DNA of 64,000 bases from Neoechinorhynchus agilis (lineage: Eukaryota; Animalia; Acanthocephala), in assembly GCA_051530055.1 (NCBI GenBank), contig CM121341.1, forward strand, positions 14,424,784 through 14,488,783. Reading direction: 5' to 3'. Positions within the stretch are counted from its first letter, which is position 1. The number at the start of each line of letters is the position of its first letter. The notes under the pieces are model-generated. The model was not told where the DNA came from, ran no database searches, and worked only from the letters and a program-made list of their open reading frames with translations. Positions 26,935-39,905 of this stretch are shown here, piece by piece. The position numbers and the translations under genes are program-made.

Positions 26935-28289
26935 ATTTGTTTAGTTCTCCGATTGAAGTTCATAAAAGACACTTAAATTTAATAAAAATTGCTATTAAGC
27001 GGGAAAGACCTGATTATCAATTTTGTGTATTTTTGAAGCGGTGATTTCTTTGGTGTTATGCAATTTTGTTGACTATTGCAAATTTAGTGATCTTTTACGT
27101 TTGACTTTTTATGAAATTATACACTTGCGATTTACGACATTAATAATACAGCTAGCTATATTAAGGTAAGTTAATTTAGTACATCTCAAAGCGCTGATTC
27201 CGAATCGGGTTTCAAATTTCCCATCGCATAAGTGGTTCTTGAGTTATGCGTCTTTCAATTTGTGGAAAAACATAATTGATTATTTATATCATAACTTCAA
27301 TCGATTGCCAATTGCATTACACTTTCTTGATCAAATTTTAAAGCTGATTTCAGTTCCGTATACCGTTTTCGGTTGTTGGTCTTATCTATGCTATTAGTTC
27401 AACGATTTAAGTCCATAAAAGACACCTGACTTTAATGAATAAAGCAATAAATCTGGTAATACCTTAAAAGTCATTGTGAACATTTCTGACTCGGTGAATT
27501 GATTGGTGTTATTCAATTTAGTATACTGATAGAAATTATTGGATTATTTACGTTTGCGTAATCAAGGCAAAAAATTGCCAAGATTTCAAGTCTCCATCAC
27601 ACACTCAAGCATCCAAGATAGAGTGGAAGTTGTAAGCTTCTCAATCCTTTGATCGGATACATCAAGATCAGGATCATCTCAAATTCTTGGGAACTGCTCG
27701 AAGGCTACTGACCTTAAGCTTTTAAACGTTTTCCAAGACTTGCCCATTGTATCTCCTAATTGTTGAAGAAAGTGACTCCGAAATAGTGGATATCGGCCTT
27801 CCCTTCTCACTAGATCAAAAATGGGCAAATCGTTAGTTCATTTGTTAAAGTTACTGACGTCCATCCGTTTACAGAAAAAGGCATTTTTATGGATTAAAAG
27901 GTGTGGTGCAACCATAGGTAGGGGAAGCTTCCAAGATTGGTTTTTGCTGTTCATAATTACGCCTAGTCCTTCGGAGAAGAGGTCTCACTTGCTGGGATTC
28001 CAATGCACCATTGGATGGAATCCTTATAATGTTGCTTATAAAAATCGGATTTGAGTTCCTTTGTAGATTCACCACTGCCTTGAAACTCCGCCAACAATAA
28101 AGGCTTAAGCCAAAAGTGCGCCGCATCACAGCCTGCGGCCGACCCTTAGCGAAGGAAGAAGCGCGTTGGAGGCTGAGTTTTTCACTAAAAGATTGAATCG
28201 CTGCCAGGACAAGGATGCAGTTAAATCAGGAGCACCCTAATGCATTGATTAAAGTACTTAATAGATTTAGCAGACAAGGAGAGTTTCCA

Positions 28290-28490
28290 GGTTGAAAGAC
28301 AAACCACTGAGGAAAGATCAACCTAACAAACTCTTCTGCAAGCAATATCTGTCAATACCCACAAGAACGGACATGCCCACACCGGATATTCACATCCGAA
28401 CGGACGTACCTCGACCTCACCACGCTGCATTCGTCCTTTCGACCGTTACACCAGGACGGCAGGTGAGTGATTCAGAGGGGTGGTGTTAAT
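28290..28490 (+). mobile_element. CRE-clade element, deleted copy D (3' end)
   Basis: AAFVLSTVTPGRQVSDSEGWC terminus shared with the family. Confidence 0.75.
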
Positions 28491-28739
28491 TTTTGTAAAT
28501 ACTTTTTGTTGGAAAAACAAATATTGCTTATCGATCAAATAACGATTACCATATCTTCATTAAAAACAAATCCGCATTGAAAACCCAAAGGTACATATGT
28601 CCAATTCTTGTTAACTAACAAATAAAAACGTGTTATCATTATATAGATTGTTAAAAAGTTGTTTTATATGTTTTGTTGTGACAAGAATAATGTATATTGG
28701 GAACAATAAATCAATATCTATTTTTTATCACCGAAGAAC

Positions 28740-29150
28740 ACATATTATATCGATCTAACTTTGTCAACAAGAACAGGAAGTCGTGCCAAACCACATTCTG
28801 TACTTGAGCACGAGAAATTTAAAGGGATATCAAGAGCGTATTAAACAGATATGCATCCAAAATAGGAACGCTGCCGAGTAGCCGCGAAATGAAGGAATGA
28901 TGTACGATACGATACGGTGGTCCTCGAGTTGTGTAAAAAACATCAGGCTTTGCGAGTTTAAATCCCTAAAGATTAAATTAGGTGACCAGCGAGACAATGA
29001 GTTCCAACGGGTGTTAATAAAAAAGACACCCTAATGTAAACAATGTAAAGATTACACTCAATATGCGCCGAAAAATGGCAGTCTTCAGTCCTGACATTGT
29101 AATGTAGTCAAGGTAGATAGCACTTTCGAATGAAGGCTTACAGGTCTCCA
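28740..29150 (+). mobile_element. Possible piggyBac-like transposase C-terminal relic
   Basis: KPHSVLEHEKFKG resembles KP.SV.EYNKFMGGVD and a later CKQC motif follows; heavily degraded. Confidence 0.3.
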
Positions 29151-29194
29151 GCAAAACAAATATGTCCATTACTTATTATAAATGTCATTAAATC

Positions 29195-29700
29195 ATTCAT
29201 ACCACCGCTCCGGATCACTCAGCTGCCATCCTGGTGTAACAGTTGAAAGGACGAATGCAGCGTTCCCTCATTGCACAGCCAGAATAATGTTTTGTAGGAG
29301 GAATGCTCCTGCCCTCCGATCGCCAGTGATTCGTCTCAATCTCTTAGACAATTGCTTGACCAGGTCCTGCGCCGCGGTACCAAACGACCCGAGCGTCTCG
29401 AAGCCAAAGGGAACAAAATAATGATTTCGACTCAGGTCGCTGTATTTTGTCCTTTTGTATTCCTCAGCGGCGGTTGCTGCTTCCCCTGGTTTAACGGCGG
29501 CGAGTTTTATGTTGCTGGCTGCGAGCGTGGCGTCCCAGAGAAGGCACTTTCCTTCTCGCCACGGGAATACTGTGACACCGTCCGGTCTACGGCCATCGAG
29601 ATACCTATCCGAAAAATAGGGAGAGAGAATAAAGCAATCAAATGTGCCAAAGGGACCGAGAATGGGGGTGGTAACGATCCCTGGAAAAGGAATAAATAAG
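29195..29700 (-). mobile_element. CRE-clade element, copy E (RLE region)
   Basis: PW.EGKCLLWDATL...AAEEYKRTKYSDL...FVPFGFETLG...LLQNIILAVQ*GNAAFVLSTVTPG. Confidence 0.85.
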
Positions 29701-29749
29701 AACTAAAGTCAAAAATTCTAAATAATAGGCCCAGAGAGCCGCAATGCCC

Positions 29750-31150
29750 AGTTCTTGAGATCTTGGAATGTGAGGAGGATCAAATTCCTTTTTGCCAACG
29801 GATTACCTTTTGTGAGGGACTAGGGTCGATTGGCAGCTTACATGCGAGAAGTATCCACAGATTTCGACCTCCCTTCTATGTATTCAACAAGTTTGTTTAA
29901 ATCATTCTTATTGAGTTCCCCTTCGTCTGAGCTGATTTTTGGACTATCAATACATCGCTTTTTGATGATTGAAAATGTTTCTTAGACGTTGGTTCTCTTG
30001 AAGAACTTTTGGCTGTCTGGGTTCCTCCTAAAGTTTCTCAATCCTAGAAAAGAGGCGATAGTCCTCCGGTATATGAGGTGCGTGTGGACGATACCCTGGA
30101 ATCATTAGTCGCGATAGGCACCTGAGTTTGTATACAGCTGTTGAAATACAGCAGAACTTGGGGAGTATTCTGTACGTTTCATGATAAGATCCACAAATGG
30201 TGAGGATTTACTTTTATTGTGACGACAACTACGATGCATTAATTTGACAGCACTCCATACACTTCGAAAAATTGGGCGAGCAAAAAATCGTGAATGAATC
30301 GTTCTTTGAATTGAGTGAGGACAACCACTTTTCGAGAGATATTTCATTCGCATGAAACCATACCATTTCTTTACTCCCTGTCCACTTGTAAAAGGTCAAT
30401 TGGCAGATTGAAAATTAGAAAAGTACTTTATCTGAAGAAGTCGCCAAAAACAGACGTTCAATTGCGAAAGGAGTTAGCAGAAGATATTTTTGCCCTACAC
30501 TTCAAAAAAAGAAAGCATTATATTGAATAAACTTCCTAACGAGGAAAGCACGCTAATTGTTTTCTTAGCCGACAGGAGATGCTCCTTGAAATATTTAGTG
30601 GAGAGTTGGGAAAACAGTGAAGCTTCATCTGCTTCATATTCAACACAATGATGAAGTCTTCTTTAGGGACTGACATTCGAAGACGAAAAACCTGATCGTA
30701 ACCATCTTTTGGGGACGATTGAAGAAAGTGACCGTAGAAGACAAAGAAAATGACAATAATTGAGCGAAGGGATAAAGGACACCTGTATACCGAAAACTGC
30801 TCCAGCCATCTCACAAACAAGTACCCTACCTATAAAAATGTCACCACCCTCATCCACAACAGCTTCCAAGAAAGTTAGGAGAGGTTGAGTTATTGATGAA
30901 AAGAGGAGTTTAGGTATTGATAAAAAGGGGGAATAGCCTTTAAGAATTGCTGTATTCGCTTTCAATCTGCACTTTCCCTTATAATTCAGTGCAATTCATT
31001 TTCTTCGGTATAAAGAGTCATTTTGTAGAGTATTATGCGGTTAAACATATCTTCACATTGTTCAAAGTAAATCCTGTACTTTTCAGACATTACTGTATTG
31101 TTATCAGCGTCAATAACCTAAAATTAGTTAGCAGTCTGAATTAGAGATCA
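29750..31150 (-). mobile_element. Probable EnSpm/CACTA-like transposase relic
   Basis: QPLLTFLEAVVDEG...VLVCEMAG...SLNYCHFLC resembles the PLV.EL..L..EG...ICD.PA...YC..C pattern; many stops. Confidence 0.4.
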
Positions 31151-31419
31151 AAAATAAAAATTCACCGCCATTAAGAAGTGGACAGTGCATTTCAATTGAA
31201 TTGCAAAAACTCTAAAGCTTTAGAAAATCTTTTTCTTCGCTTCTGTAGAGTATAACAGTCGGTTTGAACCCTATTTTTGCCTTGCCGAGTATTTGAAGAA
31301 CTAATTTAAAATTTAAGAATCATATAGACGTTCAATTGCATCTCTCTATCTTAGACATACCAAAATGTATGAAGACCGCAGCATAAAAGAATTTGCAAAT
31401 TGTTCCTCTTTTAGAGCGA

Positions 31420-31565
31420 TTTTTCGACATGAAATCGTTCACACCACCGCTCTAAATAACTCAGCTGCCGTCCTCGTGTAACGGCCAAAAGGACGCATGC
31501 AGCGTTCCCTCGTTGCACAGCCAGACTTATGTTTTGAATTAGGAATGCTCCCGATCTCGGATCGC
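31420..31565 (-). mobile_element. CRE-clade element, short 3' fragment F
   Basis: SGAFLIQNISLAVQRGNAACVLLAVTRGRQLSYLERWCE. Confidence 0.8.
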
Positions 31566-31719
31566 TGTGAAACTTCAAATCTACCGACACAAACGTAAAA
31601 ATCCCGTCGATAAGTCGATTTTTCAGAAGCGAATTCCATGGGGAGCACAAAGTCAAGTGAAGGTTCATGTACTAAAACATGATTTTAAAAGTAAAATTGA
31701 AGTAAGTTGATTAACATAA

Positions 31720-32322
31720 TTCGGCATTTCGACACAATCTTTAAATAATCCTTATAACGGCACGAGATTTTGGCTCCGATATATCGAATTCAATTAACAA
31801 AATTGTTTCAATTTTTTTCCACCAAATAAAAACATGCACGATTCAATCTTCAAACAAGGTCGTTTTGATTATATTGGTGAATTTATGATTAAAAGTCGAC
31901 TTACTTGGAGGCAATCGCTATTCGTGAACTTTGCACTGACCAGGTTGAAGAAATCACTGCCAGTTTTAGCGACAATTCGGCTCAGTTTACACATGAACCC
32001 ATTGTGAAACATTAACTCGATCCGCCTAAGAACAATTGATTTGTTCAATCTGATGTCGATGTATTGATATTGGCCCTGAGGAAAAGGAATACTCGCTTTA
32101 ATGGGAAATTGAATACTTTTTATGTGTATAACCTGATCGGATTGCCAGCATGTACACTCATCATCGTCGAGGACATTGGTGATGTCCGCCTCCCCCTCAT
32201 CTCTGTCCAGCGTGCTCGAAGCTCTTTGAAAAAGGTGGAATAGTGGAGAAAAACAGTTTAACAAGAGCAAACTTTATTTTCGTTATGAATTCCACTGGAA
32301 CTTTAGAAAGTCTTCTACTCAT
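31720..32322 (-). CDS. NR2C2AP: NR2C2-associated protein (TRA16)-like; last exon unresolved
   Basis: MSRRLSKVPVEFITKIK|ASSTLDRD...NVLDDDECTCWQSDQ|GQYQYIDI...IELMFHNGF...DCLQ| matches VSSVLNRN...LFDQDEETCWNSDQGPSQWV...IQFQGGF...SLQ. Splicing is confident only for 32322-31905. Confidence 0.75.
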
Positions 32323-32699
32323 CTATAATAAAGAATGTGTCGAGGTAAAGATGAGCGGTATGTATGAACTGCGGATCCATTGAGCTTTTTGACATGAAGA
32401 CGTACTTCGCGATAGAAGAAAGAAACAGCGAAGTTTTCGCTTTGAACCTTTATGAATTCGTAATTACATTCTTTGGCTATGTAATTCTTTGAGTGTTTTA
32501 AACTTAAAAAATTAAATATCATTAGCCGTCTTGCCTGGTAACGTAGGAAACTATATTAAGTCTCAAAGAATTTAATACCAACTTAAGATCAATGTCAGGC
32601 TGGTTCATTGGAATCTGTAAATATTATTGCTAATCTGACTAAGATACGTCTTGGGAGCTAAAAATTAAAAAATGCATATACTAAAAATTCATTCTTTTT

Positions 32700-33260
32700 T
32701 ATAAGTTCACTTCAAGTAGGGATTCAAGGTGGATGTAGTTAATTTTGGCTACAGAAGAAGCATTCCGAGAAAAAATCCTTCGCTTCATCCCAAGTAAACT
32801 TGCGTAGGTTCACTTTTAAATATCTCTAGATGCAGCAGCTACACATTGAGGGATTTGATATAATTCAACACTCGAAATTCTGATAAAATGTATTTTTTTA
32901 AATTGATAGATGTCCAAATTCCCATGGACGATATTCCGCTTGTCTAAATATACTTTCTATCTTTAGCTAAATTAATTTTGATGTGGACCTAATCGTAGCA
33001 TTTTTTTACTCAATGATGAAGTTTCCAAGGATTGTATTTTGCAGATAAGACAACTGATTAAGTTTTTCAAAGAATGTCTTGAAATTCCATAAATTTGTGC
33101 CAAAAGTGAAACATTGTTTTCTTGTTAGCTAGAGATACATAGATGCAATCGAATAATCCCCATTACGCTTTTTTCAGGTCTTTATTAAAATGAGAATTGC
33201 TTTTGATGATTAGCTTCGCCGGAAAATCTTTGGTCTAGAATATCCATTATTATACGACAT
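32700..33260 (-). pseudogene. Protein kinase pseudogene (many stops and frameshifts)
   Basis: In order, across frames: LDQRFSGE (Gly loop-like), VYLDKRNIVHGNL (VIb), ISEF (DFG-like), LEIFKSEP (APE-like), FFLGMLLL (IX). Confidence 0.4.
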
Positions 33261-35744
33261 GGATGGTTAGTAAGGTCGTTGGCTCGTTTGGCCAATTAGT
33301 CTTTAAGTAAAACATTTACTTTTTTAAATACTTGTTTTAAAAAATGGTGTTGCTTATATTGGATGGATTGCAATGGCAGTAAAGGACGAATTTAAGTTTT
33401 AGTACATTTTTTAAGAAAGGCAATTTATTAATTTAATTATACTCGCTGAATCAATCACGACTCCGCCGAACATCCACGTTTCTCCAGGAAATTTGTCGAC
33501 TCTAGGTTGTTTTGAATTTTTGTTTTTGAAAAGATAATAACTAAATTATTGAAGCTAAACGCAAACATTTAACTCACTTATATCATCAAAATGTGGGATG
33601 TTAGTTATTTTGGAAACAATATCCGTAGCTTAAATTACTACTTTATTTGTACAAATATTTATTAAACGCAATCAATTTTAGATCGAGGACTTATGGAAAG
33701 TAGCGATGACGGTAAACAGGACGTCTTGAGAGCTGTCTTAATTTCCTTGTAGACATTGACCTATCGCTTAAACGCAAAGCATTTGAGTCATCAATTCCTG
33801 TTCGGTTCGATTTATCAGATGAAGAATGTGACGCAACGAATCCAACGATGGCTCCCCTCTATTTAAAACTAAACCGTAACCACTATTTCGGGATGTACGC
33901 TGGTAACATCATCAGACATTTCAGTCAATTCGTTAACCCCTCTACCGCTGTCTCAATCGAACCATCAAGACTGTGGCTCCAATCAGAAGGACGCCCTGTA
34001 GTTTGGTAAAATACGCTTTTTTTACCCTGCAAAGAAAATTGAAAATATTAGGCATCATCCAATCGGCGTCATATACGACTTGCACAAACAAATTGGCAAT
34101 CACAGCACTGAGTTTGAAAATATTGTTTTAAGATTGATTGTTCATTTGGTTAAGGTATAATGGTATCATTTCTTTTGTTAATATACTTTGATGCATAAAT
34201 CCGCTTGGATTGTCTCTAGCTTCTCACGGTTGTGCAACTTGGTTTTGTCACTTTTTATTTTTATATAAAAAGACGAAATCAGTCACGGGCTCATCAATTG
34301 AACGTGACGAGTATCCTAGACGCCCCTCTACCTTGCTGTGGACGCATTATCTCTTGATACTTTAGATCGGTCATTGAAAGTATTTCGCATAAAGTACAAT
34401 TTCTGTTGTGAGCGTTTATTGTTTTTCAATATTTGATCTAGTAAGATAGTCGTATTCGTACGAGTCTCCTAATTAACGAAAGGACTCACGGTGTGTTCGC
34501 AAACTTTTTAATATTCCTATACTATATTCAAAATTTAAAGTGAATGTAAAAATCTTTTGTTTTACTTATCTTTAAATTATAGGATTTTCCTTTTGACCAA
34601 CTGACTCAACTTCACACTGACGATTTACTTAAATCAAATTTTCTCTACTCTCTGAAGGAAGCGGACGCCATTCGGACTAAAGGAAAGGTGAATCCGATTG
34701 ATTTATGTGGTCCATATTCTATTTAAAGACCTTACGAGAAATGCGCGATGGAGATTTTCGCGTTCTTTGGAACTCACTAAAGTCAAGTAAGATCCTTTTA
34801 CATCATTGGGACATATCTATAATTTCGCGGCGCTTCTCGAAAGGTAATTTTGATCAATACTGGTCTGTGAGTAAAAAATTTCAATTAAAAATATCGAATA
34901 AACAAGAGGTTCCATACAAAATACATACAGTTATGTAATGTTTTTAACAATTAGGATCTTTCAAACCTCATAATAGGCAGGGTCGTATGCTCTAACGCAA
35001 GGAGTGGTAGATGGTGACAACACTCTTTATTCACTTATTCGATCTTGGCCAAGTGGGTAGTTATTATAATGGATCTGTTTTTTTAATTATCAGTTTTAGA
35101 CGAGGCTCACATCTCCGTCAATGGAATCAGTCTTGAAGACGTCAATACAAATCTAGACCTTCTGTGGAAGCATTTGTCATTCGCCGATAATTTTCTCCAC
35201 ATTGTAGTTAGACCATAATGACTAACGACATTCATGACGGTTCAATAAACCCGTAACTTTTATGAGTGTGACTAGTTTGGAATATGTTAAGTCTACTGGA
35301 AACACCAACACTATTGCCTAAAAGTAGGCTATTATTTCAATAACAATTAGGTTAATGTGTTCATGAATTTTATTAATCAACAGATACGACTCCATGGTGC
35401 TTTTCAGAGGATCTTGGTATGATTAAAACACTTGAAAAGGCATTCATAAGTCACTGTTCTTGTTGCTCGAGTCTATTGCGATAACCGCGATAACTTTGAT
35501 TTTAAGGTGTTTTGGTTTTCCGAAATATTAAAACTCTTTCATGATTGCTTTGTTCTACAAGGCGTGAGCAAATATTGTTTAGTTATTTTTCACGATTGCA
35601 TTAGAACTGCGATTACATCGAAAAACAAAAGGGTTTTTGGCCTTTTAAGCCATCAAAAACTCTTGCTTCAAACCAGCAACGCTAGAAACATTGTGCCTTG
35701 ACCGAAAACAGAAGCAGTAAATATTCTTTATGAGCACAACCAGA

Positions 35745-36045
35745 TTATCCCGAACGGTCATCCAATAGTTCATCGCCGTTTTCCCTCAATTTTCGATAAT
35801 AATTGAGTATGCATACAGATATAAGAAATAATAATATACCAGTTGCCATTACAAGCACAGCGATTGCTCTGTACAACTTATTGCTTTTCATATCTTCAAT
35901 GCGTGAGCTTTGCCAATCTGGATTGGAATGCATTGTTGCGCTATAAAATCGTGAGGTTAAGGTGGTTTTATTTCCTTACTTATCTGTTAGAGAATTGAAA
36001 TTGATCGCTGCTGATATACGAAGATAGCATATTTTGGAAATTTCT
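35745..36045 (-). CDS. Terminal exons of an unidentified single-pass membrane protein
   Basis: Hydrophobic helix AIAVLVMATGILLFLISVCIL followed by NYYRKLR. A GTAAGG...TTTTATAG intron joins an upstream exon in frame; the 5' exons are not resolved. Confidence 0.4.
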
Positions 36046-37501
36046 TAGAGTTTAGGTTTTTAATATTAGCTCCTGGGATCAAAGAATTTCCCTAATGCAA
36101 AGAAAGCGGCACTGCCACTTTTTAATTTAAACAACAAGAGATTTTACTTAACGTACATTACAATCAAACTAACAAACCCCTGGAACTATGATGGCTTAAA
36201 ATAAAGGATTTAAATTACAATGGTTGATGAAAAACATTTGTGACGTGAAGTTATTTATAGGCACTTGAGTATACTCAAGCACGGCAATTAGTCGACGACA
36301 TAATTCTCGACAATATTGTCTCGTCTGATAAGATTATGGTTTTAATAAAAACACGTTCGAGTTCAAAATAGGAATATTTAATAAGCAAAACTGTGGTTAA
36401 AACCGTGGGTTAGACATCGATTTTTAACGTTAACCACCGTCAATTAGAACACCACAAAAATATGCACTGATCGGCCACATGCTGTTATTAGTTATTGATG
36501 AATGAACGGATTAATACTCGATGTATGGAAATTAATCAACCGCTTTGATGATTATGTTTTCAAGAAATCGAATTCAAACGATAACTAAGGCATTCTGGTG
36601 CTTGTTGACCTTCCATCGATATGCGTTCTCGATTTAGCAACTGTTCTAAGATTCATGTCTACCAACGGCTTCACTGTTCCTTAAGAACTTTGCAAGGATG
36701 AGCATCTAAATTTCCAATTCTGTATTATTTCAAAATATTTATCTTTTCGCTAAATCTTGACCAATGTCAATAAATTAATTTTTACTAACTTTGGTGGCTA
36801 TTAGAGAATTTTAGATGCTCAAGTTCACTTATCTTGAACAATAGTGCACACTAAAATTCCAGTCAATACTTTTAGAGCTACTTCGGCCACAACTAATTTT
36901 CAAATAAATTATGGTACTTAGATCGACAACACCTAATCTTCCTATAAATTACATACTCCATTAAAATAGTTGATAACACTATTTATTTTGAAGCGGCCTC
37001 CAAGGATTCAGGGAAGTAATGTGGTCAGTATAATACTTAAAAACCCTTTAAGATTTTAAAAATACTTTAAATGATGAGTATACTTTGGCACCGCTATCGG
37101 ATCCTGAGCTTAAATGATAAAAATCGAAATTAACACTTGGATTGGAAGGTTTGAAGCTGATTGCCAGAAACCCTGGATTCCTTTCCTTACTCACGGCCAA
37201 ATGTTGATGTTTGATTTGAATCAGTTGTTGATCCACAAGAGCCGTTTTCTAAAGGTTAAAACGAAAACAGTAACTACGGTGTGCGCCCGAATGCTGTTTT
37301 CAATTTGTGGTTAGATGAGAGACATGATTGGCGGCCTTAACTTTATGAACTCATAGAACGCCCTTCAGCATTACCTGATTCACGATGCATGCAAAGTAGT
37401 CTGAAGGTTGTGGTATTAAAAAATCCGTATGGGTCGTTTACTTTTATTTATTCAAAGACGATCATAGAAGTTATATAAGCGTAGATATTCATTTAGGAAT
37501 T

Positions 37502-37631
37502 AATTATGATGGTGAACTGAAGGAAAAAAATTGGAAAAACTTACAAACAATCACTGAAGAAGACCAACGCATTAGTCAAAAATTCTGATTAATATATTCA
37601 TAATTTTTTCCTTCAGTTCACCATTATAATT
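37502..37631. repeat. Small foldback element with ~30-bp inverted repeats and flanking 13-bp direct repeats
   Basis: 37502-37532 is the reverse complement of 37602-37631 (1 mismatch, 1 indel). AAGTTATATAAGC occurs at 37468-37480 and 37633-37645. Confidence 0.88.
37549..37590 (+). ncRNA. Near-intact minimal type I hammerhead ribozyme (G12 to A)
   Basis: AAUCA-CUGAAGA-A-GAC caacgcauua GUC-AAAA-AU-UC-UGAUU: 5-bp stem I, 3-bp stem II, palindromic AAUU stem III, UUC triplet. Confidence 0.6.
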
Positions 37632-39399
37632 AAAGTTATATAAGCTGTCGTTGCGCCTTAGGTTAATTCGTAGGATGTCAGCCGTGCGCTGTTTCCAATA
37701 AAAATATATTGAAAAAATGATAAAATGAAATCTATGCTAAAAGGAGATTTTTGATCACCAACTCGGGCAAATATGCCACATCTACTGCAACTTTGGTTTC
37801 TGAGACGTCCTTTGCATTTCTTTCAACTGTGCAACTCAGTTGTCTTCTCTTTCTCTCAAGTTATTGATTTATGTTTGCGCTGGTACGCTACATTTTCCCT
37901 TCTCTGCAAATCTCCCTTTCAATGCTCGCATAAACGCAATATGAGTCAATTAAAAATTTGTCTTTACATTTGAGGCGAATAAATCTCATTTCAACTGAGT
38001 GACCGAGCGTTCTTGTTGAAGAAACATCCAGAAGCGCTAATAAAATGAAGCTAGCAGTTGTCGTTCTGTATGAATATGTAATGCCACACCCGCAACGCTT
38101 ACTAAGCTTCATATGCCTGTGTAGTCGGAGAAAGGCTCCCTTTACCGATTGCGGCCTAGAAACTTGCCTACTTGCGACAACGATGTGCTTGAATATCTTA
38201 ATCCTACACGCCAATAATAATGCGGTGGCGCTTATTCATGGAAGGTAGGCAATTAGGGAGCTCACTTTTGTCAAGATCTACAGCGAACGCGCCCTCCCTG
38301 TGCTCTAAAAACATCCCAAACAATTTGGAATTTTTTGTCGCCAACCAACTCATTCATTATGATTGATACTTTTATCAAATTTGTGTCATCTGTCACGATG
38401 ACGGGTAATGAACGGCCGTTATAACAGTTGAACCTATCTTAAGTTTCTGCGTCAACTCCCATTCCACATTTGTCATATTGATTATAAAGAAATCGGTTAG
38501 AACGCTTAAAATCTTGAGCGGATACTTATGCTATCCAACCTCGTCATTCTTTCAACCAAGACTTTTAGCAATTCAATTTCTCAATCTAATATAGATTTAA
38601 TGAAAATTGTCTTGACAAAGAGCAGCCTCATTTTTATCACTATGCTTTAGAGCGTATCTAACAATATTAAGACCGCATTCAAATTTATGGTTAATGTAGA
38701 AGAAAGAGTTTCTTCGCTTGTAATATCCCAAGGGAATTTCGTATTGGAATATGGAAACTTTTCGACTTTTTTCTAAAGATATTTCGGAAAATAAATGCTT
38801 AATGAAAAAAACGTTTTGAGCATTTGGAAGCAACGAGTAGTCAGAAAACTTCTAATGTTGGTCCAAAACATTGGTTCCCATTGTCTACAAACGTAAAACA
38901 CTAAAGATTTCCATTTTAACCCTGCAGATAACACTTAGTTTTCTTTGCATAACTGTTTTTCTTAATCTTCGTAAACTTACGGGACTATGCTTTACTTTAA
39001 GATCGATTTTGAAAAGATTTCTGTATTTAAAGCAGTGAACTATTAAAGCAAAATGGAAGGAAAATAAATGGGCTCGCCGTTGTGCGTCTCGATTTTCAGA
39101 TGACGACTTGAAATTTTTTATAAGTTCGCTTAGGTGACATATTCAGTTGTGGTCTATTGATAATTTCAGTAAAATATAGTCGTCCTGATATACTAATTCG
39201 AGGTAAAAATGGCTAAGTTGGTTAATAAAATAACGGTAAACAAAAAGCAGATTTTTTTAATTTGACAAGCTTAGATTTCTAACGCCGTGAATCAGCGTTT
39301 AGGCGAAATCCAGTAAAATTGTGTGTTCGATAAGGTAATCGCGAAAAGTCTTCGGTAGAGTAAAACCTTTCAAATATGTTAAATTTAGAACGAAAACCG

Positions 39400-39905
39400 A
39401 TGTATGTTCGTACACTTTTGGGTGGTACATGAAACCCATTAATGGAGAGAACTGACTTGGCTTATTAAATGGATATACCTATACTCAAGGGGAAGATTTT
39501 ATAATTTAATTCCTTGAACTCCACAGGTCTATAGACAAAATGGTGCACATTAGATTTTATCCGGGTATTAAGTCCTTGTACGGCACCATTTTACCTTTAT
39601 AAACTTAGATGGCTGAAAAATATCGCGATGCATGCAATTACATACCGGTTTTAATTCCATTTAGTGCCTAGTTCTTCTTTGGTGCATACCATGGCTATCC
39701 GTCTACGATAATACCGCTTTCCTGAGAATTGAATCCATCTATCAAAGTAAAAGAGCTTTCCGTGCGTACTGTATTCTTCCCTCGCGTTCAAATGAGACTT
39801 TGAGCGGCTGTTAACCCAGAAATTTGTTTTGCCTACATTTTTGAATTGCGGCCTATCAATACTAAACTTCGTGATAACGACGAACAAAACGTCTAGGATC
39901 AACAA
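39400..39905 (-). mobile_element. Possible piggyBac-like transposase relic
   Basis: THGKLFYFDRWIQFSGKRYYRRRI...ELGTKW resembles P...LSIDE.MI.FKGR...RQY.P.KP.KWG.K.W; degraded downstream. Confidence 0.33.

Larger units (their letters stand above)
23461..27560 (+). repeat. Old tandem duplication of a ~450-bp unit (23461-23677 + 26944-27176; second copy 27177-~27560), first copy split by an RTE
   Basis: Both units start TTAGTACAT.TCAA.GCGCTGATTCCGAA and stay alignable across the RTE insertion point (TTAGTTC..CGATT.AAGT.CATAAAAGACAC). Probably a non-autonomous DNA element. Confidence 0.8.

Noticed and set aside
27600-28280. Coding-like decayed segment on the minus strand
   Set aside because: Multiple stops in all frames and no diagnostic motif; probably TE debris but unassignable.
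37773-38248. Overlapping 66-108 aa ORFs
   Set aside because: No recognisable domain, no consistent splice signals or strand preference.
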